DNA from: a bacterium
Lineage (GTDB): Bacteria > Verrucomicrobiota > Verrucomicrobiia > Limisphaerales > RI-55
Length of the DNA stretch: 64,000 nt
Assembly: GCA_031362805.1 (NCBI GenBank)
Contig: JANLTG010000142.1
Coordinates: 31,328-95,327 of the forward strand
Reading direction: 5' to 3'
Shown one piece after another: positions 57,494 to 64,000 of the stretch (its first letter is position 1; the number at the start of each line of letters is the position of its first letter). The notes beneath the pieces are model-generated. The model did not search any database, was not told the DNA's origin, and saw only the letters and a list, made by a program, of their open reading frames with translations. The position numbers and the translations under genes were made by a program.

Positions 57494-58600
57494 TTACTTT
57501 GCCAGTGCTGGCTCCAGTGCTGGCTCCGGGTTGGTGCCATCACAACCGCTGCCACAGGCGGTTCCCTGGCTCGCAAACCCGTCGTCCTCCCAATCGGGAT
57601 CAAGCCCCAGATCGCGTAACATCTGGAGATCCTTTTCGATCGGTTGATTCAGCGTGGTCAGGTAGTTGCCGACCATGAGCGCGCTGGCCCCGGCCGTGAA
57701 TACCATGCTCTGGAGGTCGCGCAAGTTCACCGTGCGCCCGCCCGCAATCATGATTTCCTGTCGCGGCAGGATGAACCGGAAACACGCGATCGTCTTCAGG
57801 ATTTCCAGCGGCGCCAGCGGCGGGTTCTTCTCATAAGGCGTGCCCGGAATGGGGTTGAGAATGTTGATCGGCACCACATTCGCGCCGATCGCTTTCAGCT
57901 CGAACGCCAGATCGCACCGGTCCTCACGCGTCTCACCCATACCGATAATGCCGCCGGAACAGATTTTGAGCCCGGCCTTTTTCAAGTAGCCAATTGTTTC
58001 CAGCCGGTCCTCAAACGTGTGCGTCGAACAGGTTTGAGGGAAAAAGCGGCGCGAGCTTTCAAGATTGTGTCCGTAGCACTCAAGCCCGGCCTCCTTCAGT
58101 CGGTCCGCCACGCGCTGGCTCTTGATGATTCCGAGCGAAGCGTCGGGCCGGGTCTTGCCGCCTTGTTTCATCTGTTGGATGCGATCGCAGACTTCATCCA
58201 GCATCGGCCCTTCGTTGAGCCCCTTCCACGCGGCCACCAACCCAACTGCGGTGACGCCGTGTTGAAGGGCCTCGTCGGCCGCCTGATCAACTGGCTCCGG
58301 ATCGATGAATCCATACTTCGGCGAACCGGTCTGGTGAAACGACGACTGCGCGCAGAAGCTACAGTTTTCGGAGCACCCGCCCGCCTTGGCATTCACGATC
58401 GAGCACAAGTGAACCTTGTTGCCCTTGAATTGTTCCCGGATCCTGTTGGCCCAGGCGAGCAGGTCATGAATGTCCGCGGACGATTCGAGGTTGAAAAGAA
58501 AACGCGCCTCGTCGCGGGACAAGGATTCGCCGCCCACCACCCGTCGGCCCAAAGCTGCGATTCGCTCGGCAGTGCTCACGTCAACAGTTGCGCTCGTCAT
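57494..58600 (-). CDS. bioB: biotin synthase
   Basis: Start chosen at MTSATVDV. Radical-SAM CSENCSFCAQS, YGHNLESS and GGIIGMGET. It carries an unusual C-terminal extension of about 35 aa (DPDWEDDGFASQGTACGSGCDGTNPEPALEPALAK). Confidence 0.9.
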   Translation of the reverse strand: MTSATVDVSTAERIAALGRRVVGGESLSRDEARFLFNLESSADIHDLLAWANRIREQFKGNKVHLCSIVNAKAGGCSENCSFCAQSSFHQTGSPKYGFIDPEPVDQAADEALQHGVTAVGLVAAWKGLNEGPMLDEVCDRIQQMKQGGKTRPDASLGIIKSQRVADRLKEAGLECYGHNLESSRRFFPQTCSTHTFEDRLETIGYLKKAGLKICSGGIIGMGETREDRCDLAFELKAIGANVVPINILNPIPGTPYEKNPPLAPLEILKTIACFRFILPRQEIMIAGGRTVNLRDLQSMVFTAGASALMVGNYLTTLNQPIEKDLQMLRDLGLDPDWEDDGFASQGTACGSGCDGTNPEPALEPALAK

Positions 58601-58833
58601 GGTTGACAGGTTGTGAAAAGCGGTCGCGTTGGGCAAGCGTTGGTTTGGATAAAACCGTTTGGAGCTGATTCTATCGCGGATCGGCGAACTGAATGCAAAG
58701 TTCAGCTCATGCATTGCAGTTGATTGGAATCATCGGTATAAAATTTCTCCAGATGATGCAAACTGTTGATCGGTAGCGGTGCGAAAGTGACGGTGACCCT
58801 TGGCACAATGTTTGATCCTTACCCCGCTATTGC

Positions 58834-59367
58834 ATGGCGACACGATGTATTGAAGCCCCAGACATTCATTTTCTGAACTCCGCAATTGGATGGCTCGAGC
58901 TGGGAAACCAGGAAGAGGCGAAAGCGGAATTGGAGAAGGTCAGCTTTCTAACCCGTTATCACCCGGAGGTTCTCTTGGTGCGTTGGAAGGTCTTCGCCCG
59001 GATGAAGAACTGGCAGCGCAGTCTCGACATCGCCCGGGCGCTCGTTCGGATTTCGCCCGAGAAGCCGACGGGCTGGATCTGCCTCGCCTATAGCCTTTAC
59101 AACACACAGCAGACGGCCGACGCGTGGGTTCACCTGCTCAATGCTGAGCAGCGCTTCCCCACGGTCTCCGCGATTCCGTATTTTCTCGCGTGTCTGGCCT
59201 GTCAAACGGGCAAGCAGGCCGAGGCGACCAAATGGTTGACCCGCTGGAACAGCATCGTTCGCGAGTCCGGCCTAAAAGAAACCGCCCGCAGGGATCCGCG
59301 ATTGCAGTCGATCTGGCAGGAGTTCGACGAGGCGATTCTGGCAGAAGGTGAACCTCGCTCAGCTTAG
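58834..59367 (+). CDS. TPR-like repeat protein
   Basis: 177 aa of helical repeats (LELGNQEEAKAELEKV..., NWQRSLDIARALVRISP..., GKQAEATKWL). Confidence 0.6.
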   Translation: MATRCIEAPDIHFLNSAIGWLELGNQEEAKAELEKVSFLTRYHPEVLLVRWKVFARMKNWQRSLDIARALVRISPEKPTGWICLAYSLYNTQQTADAWVHLLNAEQRFPTVSAIPYFLACLACQTGKQAEATKWLTRWNSIVRESGLKETARRDPRLQSIWQEFDEAILAEGEPRSA

Positions 59368-59807
59368 CCGGGCGACATCGTTGGCCGGTCCGTGGGTGGC
59401 TCCAAACGCGGCGACGGTCGGATCGGGAGCGGGTTGATTTGGTAGCTTCCGCCCACGATCGCTTCGCGCCAATCCGCGATCAATCCCAGCAGCCCGGTGA
59501 GCTCAATCCCTTCATGGCGGGCTGGATATTTCCCGAGGTTCGATTTGGCCAGATCGAAGAGGGCCACCGCCGGTTTCAAACGATTCTTTTGCAGGTGAAC
59601 GAAGGCGCCTGCCAGTTGGATAAGACCTTTGTAAAACGAGTAGTTGGGTCCGGTGCGGTCGGCCAGCCAGAGTTCTTCCAAGACGTCGTGAGCTTCAAAG
59701 TAGAGACCGCGATTGAAGCATTCAAAGTAGCCAAGAAAGTGCGGATCCCAACCGTGGCCGGTGCAGTTTTGGATCAGGTCGGCGATCTTCCCGCTCTTGT
59801 TGCTCAC
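59364..59807 (-). CDS. DUF309 domain protein
   Basis: FNRGLYFEAHDVLEELW....FYKGLIQLAGAFVHLQKN is the DUF309 signature. Confidence 0.75.
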   Translation of the reverse strand: MSNKSGKIADLIQNCTGHGWDPHFLGYFECFNRGLYFEAHDVLEELWLADRTGPNYSFYKGLIQLAGAFVHLQKNRLKPAVALFDLAKSNLGKYPARHEGIELTGLLGLIADWREAIVGGSYQINPLPIRPSPRLEPPTDRPTMSPG

Positions 59808-59904
59808 GGCATCAGGATAGGGCGATCGCGACGGCTGTCGAGCGCGCGGCAGTTACCTGATAAGCACTCGACAATCAAAGGTCGCTTCGCAACACTCCGC
59901 GCCC

Positions 59905-60819
59905 GTGGCAAAACAGGCGTTAGGACGTGGTTTGGGAGCTCTGCTCGGTGGCAGCGCCGCGCCCGTCATTGCGCCCGCCGCGCCCGTGCCGGCCACCCCG
60001 GCGAGCACCGGGCAAAACGGGGTGCAGATGGTTGAGTTGAGCCGCATTCAGCCCTGTTCGTTCCAGCCACGGAAAGACTTCTCGCAGGAATCGCTTCAGG
60101 AACTGGCCGACAGCATTCGTGAGCAGGGCATTGTTCAACCGCTGATCGTCCGACCCGCGGGTGATCGCTTTGAACTGATCGCTGGCGAACGCCGCTGGCG
60201 GGCCGCGCAGTTGGCTGGCCTCGCCAAGGCGCCGGTCGTCGTTCGCGAAGCCGATGACCGCACGGTGCTCGAGCTGGCGCTCGTCGAAAACCTGCAGCGT
60301 GAGAACCTGAATCCGATGGAGGAAGCCCAGGGCTATTCGCAGTTGATCGAGCATTTTCAACTTACCCAGGAACTGGCTGCCGTAAAGGTCGGCAAGAGCC
60401 GCGCGCTCGTGGCCAACGCGCTGCGCCTGCTGCGGCTGCCCGCCGAAATTCAGGCCTACCTGCGGCACGGTCAGTTGTCCGTCGGGCAGGCCAAGGTGAT
60501 TTTGGGGGTCTCGAACGGCGACGATCAGAACTACATCGCGCAACGGTCGATCAAAGAAGGCTGGAGCGTGCGGCAGGTCGAAAGCTACGTCGCGCAATAT
60601 CAGGGCAATGAAGGCAAACGCGCTGGCGGACCGCGCGCCACTTCACCAGCAGCCGTGCGGGACGCCAACGTGGAAAACATGGAAACCCGCCTGCGCGAAC
60701 GGCTGGGTACCAAGGTCACGCTGCGTTACCGGAAGGGCAAAGGAAGTTTGGACATCCGCTTTTTTTCCGATGAAGAATTGGAGCGCGTGCTGGCAATCCT
60801 CGGCGTGCAGGCCGACTGA
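59905..60819 (+). CDS. parB: chromosome partitioning protein ParB/Spo0J
   Basis: GTG start. AKQALGRGLGALL, ParB box QPRKDF...LQELADSIREQGIVQPLIVR, GERRWRAA, and an HTH region. Confidence 0.9.
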   Translation: MAKQALGRGLGALLGGSAAPVIAPAAPVPATPASTGQNGVQMVELSRIQPCSFQPRKDFSQESLQELADSIREQGIVQPLIVRPAGDRFELIAGERRWRAAQLAGLAKAPVVVREADDRTVLELALVENLQRENLNPMEEAQGYSQLIEHFQLTQELAAVKVGKSRALVANALRLLRLPAEIQAYLRHGQLSVGQAKVILGVSNGDDQNYIAQRSIKEGWSVRQVESYVAQYQGNEGKRAGGPRATSPAAVRDANVENMETRLRERLGTKVTLRYRKGKGSLDIRFFSDEELERVLAILGVQAD

Positions 60820-60858
60820 ACCGTTCGCTCTGCAAGGTGTCGGGCCCATCAACTTTCT

Positions 60859-61980
60859 ATGATCAATTCCGCTGAACTCCGCCAAAACCTCGCCGGTCAA
60901 TTGACCCAGTTGGCGCCTTTGGTTCCCGCCCTGCGCGCGTTTGTCGGACTCGATGGCTTCGTTGACGAGATCTTTCACGTCGTCAACACCCGTCAGAATG
61001 CCGAACGCTGGGAGCGCTTGCCCACCATCGCCGCTTTCTCCGAACGACTGGCCGCCGCCGCCGGCAAGAGCACGAACATCGAGCTCGTGCCACAGCTCAC
61101 CAAGCTGGGCGGCAACGGGCCGATCATGGCCAACGCCCTCGCCAGCTTCGGCCTTCAGGTAACTTATCTTGGCGCGCTCGGTTATCCGCGGATCCGTCAG
61201 GTCTTCGACGGCTTTACGAAGGTCGCCGACGTTCATTCCGTCGCGGATGCCGGCAAGACGAATGCCCTCGAGTTTGACGACGGCAAGCTGATGCTTTCGA
61301 GCACCGTGCAGCTCAATGATGTCACTTGGAAGAATATCGAGGAACGCTTCGGCCGCGAAAAATTCACGCAACACTTTCAAGGCTCGGATCTCGTGGCGTT
61401 CGTGAATTGGACGATGGTGCCGTACATGAGCGACATCTGGGAGACCTGCTTGAAGGAGCTCCTGCCTGCCGCCGCTTCGCCTCGCCGTACGATCTTCTTC
61501 GACCTGGCTGATCCGCAAAAGCGCACCGACGACGACATCAAGCGGGCCTTGAAGCTGATCACCCGGTTCAACGAACGATTCAGCGTCATCCTCGGATTGA
61601 ATGAGAAGGAAGCCTACGAGGTCGCCGAGGCCGTTGGGCTGCCCCAACGCGAACAGTCGCCCGAGAATCTTGCGCAACTCGCGCTCGAGCTGAACAAGCG
61701 GATCGCCGTGGACACCATCGTTGTCCATCCCGTCGCATATGCGTTGGCGGCCAGCGGGGGCGAAGTAACCACCGTGACGGGGCCATTCATTCCCAAGCCC
61801 AAGATTACGACCGGTGCCGGGGATCATTTCAACTCCGGCTTTTGCCTGGGCAAGCTGCTGGGCTTGACCAACACGGAAGCGGTGCTCACCGGCGTCAGCA
61901 CCAGTGGGTTCTACGTCAAGAACGCCCAGAGCCCGAGCGTCACCGACCTCGCGGGCTTTCTGAAGGACTGGCCGGCTTAA
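60859..61980 (+). CDS. ribokinase-superfamily carbohydrate kinase (PfkB/ADP-dependent-kinase-like)
   Basis: LGGNGPIMANALASFG and C-terminal ITTGAGDHFNSGF (catalytic GAGD). 373 aa. Confidence 0.65.
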   Translation: MINSAELRQNLAGQLTQLAPLVPALRAFVGLDGFVDEIFHVVNTRQNAERWERLPTIAAFSERLAAAAGKSTNIELVPQLTKLGGNGPIMANALASFGLQVTYLGALGYPRIRQVFDGFTKVADVHSVADAGKTNALEFDDGKLMLSSTVQLNDVTWKNIEERFGREKFTQHFQGSDLVAFVNWTMVPYMSDIWETCLKELLPAAASPRRTIFFDLADPQKRTDDDIKRALKLITRFNERFSVILGLNEKEAYEVAEAVGLPQREQSPENLAQLALELNKRIAVDTIVVHPVAYALAASGGEVTTVTGPFIPKPKITTGAGDHFNSGFCLGKLLGLTNTEAVLTGVSTSGFYVKNAQSPSVTDLAGFLKDWPA

Positions 61981-61993
61981 GCCCGCTCGCGCC

Positions 61994-62563
61994 ATGGTCC
62001 TGCCCATTGTCAAGTACGGTCATCCGGTGCTGCGGCAGAAAGGCGAACGCCTCAAGCGTGTCACGCCGGAGCTCACGAAATTCATCGCCGACATGCTGGC
62101 CACGATGCGCGACGCCCACGGGGTCGGCCTCGCCGCGCAGCAGGTCGGCAAAGCAATCCAGCTCACCGTCATCGATGTCACCGGCATCGAGGATCGACCT
62201 TCGACGCTGGAAATTGATGGTCAGCCGGTTGTGCCGGAGTCGATCATGCCGCTGGTGCTGATCAATCCGGAGGTCAAGCCGCTGGCCGAACCCATCGCCG
62301 GCCCGGAAGGCTGTCTGAGTTTTCCCGAGATCTATTTTGATGTCGCCCGCTCGGAACGGGTCGCCGTCACGGCGATGAACGAGCTGAGCGAAACCATTTC
62401 CTTCACGTGCGGCGGCCTGCTTGCGCGCGCGGTCCAGCACGAGACCGATCATCTCAACGGGATTCTGTTCATCGACCACCTGTCGAAGACCGCCAAGTCC
62501 AAGCTCAAGTCCGAGCTGGATGAGTTGGTTTACATGACCCAGCGCGAAATGGGTCAGCGGTAG
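61994..62563 (+). CDS. def: peptide deformylase
   Basis: GVGLAAQQVG, EGCLSFP and HETDHLNG, the three PDF motifs. Confidence 0.95.
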   Translation: MVLPIVKYGHPVLRQKGERLKRVTPELTKFIADMLATMRDAHGVGLAAQQVGKAIQLTVIDVTGIEDRPSTLEIDGQPVVPESIMPLVLINPEVKPLAEPIAGPEGCLSFPEIYFDVARSERVAVTAMNELSETISFTCGGLLARAVQHETDHLNGILFIDHLSKTAKSKLKSELDELVYMTQREMGQR

Positions 62564-62649
62564 CCAAAGGCCGTTGGCATACGGGATCGGGCACAGTTGC
62601 GGGTCGTCGCGTGAGAGCCACGCTTGGTTCGGAGGCGTGATGCTTGAAG

Positions 62650-64000
62650 TCACTCGCGTATCGCCGGCAGGTTGATGACGAACTGCGCCCCCTTCCCCGG
62701 CTCGCTGGTCACGGTTGCCGTCCCGCCGTGAGCTTCGACCACCGCCTTCACCAGGCTCAGGCCCAGCCCGAGTCCCTTCTGTGAACGACTCTTGTCGCCG
62801 CGATACAACCGGTCCCAGATCTTCGGCTGTTCTTCCGGGGAGATTCCCATCCCAGTATCTTTCAAGCGGATGAGCGCCCGACGTTCATCGCGCTCGACGG
62901 TCACCGTGATCTCGCCGCCGGCTTCGGTGTACTTGATGGCGTTGTCCACGAGATTGCCGATGACCTGGCGCAGGCGGATCGCGTCAACTTTGGCCAGGCA
63001 AGGCTCGTCGAGTTGCCCAGTCAGTTTCACGTGCTTCTCTTCGGCCACATATTCGTAGAGCTCGATCACCTCGCGCGTGAGCTGCGAAAGATCCGTCGGC
63101 TGACGATCCAGTTTCATCGCGCCGGCCTCGGCCTCGGCGACGTCCATCAACGTCCGGAGCATGGCCAGCACGCGATCGGACTCTTCAACGCAATCGGCCA
63201 GCGCCTCGTTCTTTGCTGCGGGTTCGGTGGGGTTCTGCAACGCAAGCTCGGCCGTGCCGCGCAGTCGCGTCAACGGCGTGCGCAAGTCGTGCGCGACGTT
63301 GTCGAGCGACTCTTTCATGCCGCGGATGAGCGCCTGGTTCCGCTCGAGCATATGGTTGAACAGGCGTCCCAACTCGGCGAACTCATCGTCATCACCATTG
63401 CCCGGTACCCGCGCGCCCAGGTCGCCCGTGCGGACGATCGACTGCACGGTGCTCACCATCTGGCGAATCGGCCGCAAGGCGCGGTGGGAAAGAAATGCGC
63501 CCACGCCAAAGCCGAGCAGCACCACCGGCAGCACGATGCCGACGAACGATTGCTTCATGGCCCGCCGCAGGAGTTCCCCGCTCTCGGAGCTGGCGCCGAC
63601 CTGGAGCATGGTGCCGTCGTTGAACGAGACGGACGCTATTTTCAGGCTGGCTTGAAGTCGTTTCGCTTCGGCCGGCGGGATATTCAGCCAGCGCACCCCT
63701 TGCAGGTTGCCGAAAAAATCGCGGCCCACGACCTCAACCTCGATCCACTCGGGCGGCACGTCGGCGAACAAAACATTGTTGCCGCGGCCGACCAAGCGGA
63801 CGAAGAAGCGGCCGTCCTTCGCACCGCGTTGATTAACCGTCTGCTCGATGGCGCGCGCGCCGCCCGCGCGATACAGCGTCGTGAATTCATTCAGCCGCGC
63901 CTCGATGACTTCCCGGTCCTTCGCCTCCAGCAGCCGATCCGTGATCCAGTAGAAACCGGCGAACATGAACAGCGCCGTCAACGTGAACAACGCCGTGTAC
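62650..64000 (-). CDS. sensor histidine kinase (TM-sensor-HAMP-HisKA-HATPase); the N-terminus runs off the right edge
   Basis: H-box [12 protein letters not shown] box [11 protein letters not shown] boxes DTGMGI and GLGLGLSLV. The reading frame stays open to nt 64000, beyond the ORF-track Met at 63990. Confidence 0.85.
   Translation of the reverse strand, partial: YTALFTLTALFMFAGFYWITDRLLEAKDREVIEARLNEFTTLYRAGGARAIEQTVNQRGAKDGRFFVRLVGRGNNVLFADVPPEWIEVEVVGRDFFGNLQGVRWLNIPPAEAKRLQASLKIASVSFNDGTMLQVGASSESGELLRRAMKQSFVGIVLPVVLLGFGVGAFLSHRALRPIRQMVSTVQSIVRTGDLGARVPGNGDDDEFAELGRLFNHMLERNQALIRGMKESLDNVAHDLRTPLTRLRGTAELALQNPTEPAAKNEALADCVEESDRVLAMLRTLMDVAEAEAGAMKLDRQPTDLSQLTREVIELYEYVAEEKHVKLTGQLDEPCLAKVDAIRLRQVIGNLVDNAIKYTEAGGEITVTVERDERRALIRLKDTGMGISPEEQPKIWDRLYRGDKSRSQKGLGLGLSLVKAVVEAHGGTATVTSEPGKGAQFVINLPAIRE

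Overview
GC-rich bacterial chromosomal segment. The gene content points to the PVC superphylum, probably Verrucomicrobiota; this is an inference, since no search was possible. The supporting families are Tat-signal Gfo/Idh/MocA oxidoreductases, DUF1080, a large propeller/HEAT/cytochrome-c protein, HEAT-repeat proteins and ECF sigma modules. I call about 55 protein genes. Housekeeping genes include rpsB-tsf, def, parB, hisC, bioB, rlmN, ppsA, kup and a split pta. There is a peptide-degradation neighbourhood: an active plus an inactive M16 peptidase, a prolyl oligopeptidase, a DAACS symporter and a gamma-glutamyltransferase. Regulatory genes include two response regulators, a hybrid histidine kinase, an ECF sigma/anti-sigma pair and a DtxR/MntR-type regulator. 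I found no rRNA, tRNA or CRISPR array. The long ORFs antisense to these genes are treated as high-GC shadow ORFs. The most unusual structures are: (1) two small cargo units, an exported FMN alpha-hydroxy-acid oxidase and a vapBC pair, stacked behind a UbiD-family gene, each followed by a displaced 5'-truncated copy of that gene's 3' end; (2) a 66-nt in-frame compound palindrome inside ppsA, and a purine/pyrimidine hairpin-like in-frame insert inside the UbiD-family gene; (3) a roughly 200-bp MITE-like element with 40-bp terminal inverted repeats between the two M16 genes; (4) a textbook intrinsic terminator on the minus strand with no gene to terminate, suggesting a small RNA; (5) a decayed mobile-element islet with an integrase fragment, iteron-like CACTGAC repeats and dispersed short repeats; (6) a DsrEFH-like sulfur-relay trio in an operon with two methyltransferases; (7) a stand-alone Pycsar-effector-type membrane protein. 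All family calls rest on motifs recognised by eye, and no database was searched.
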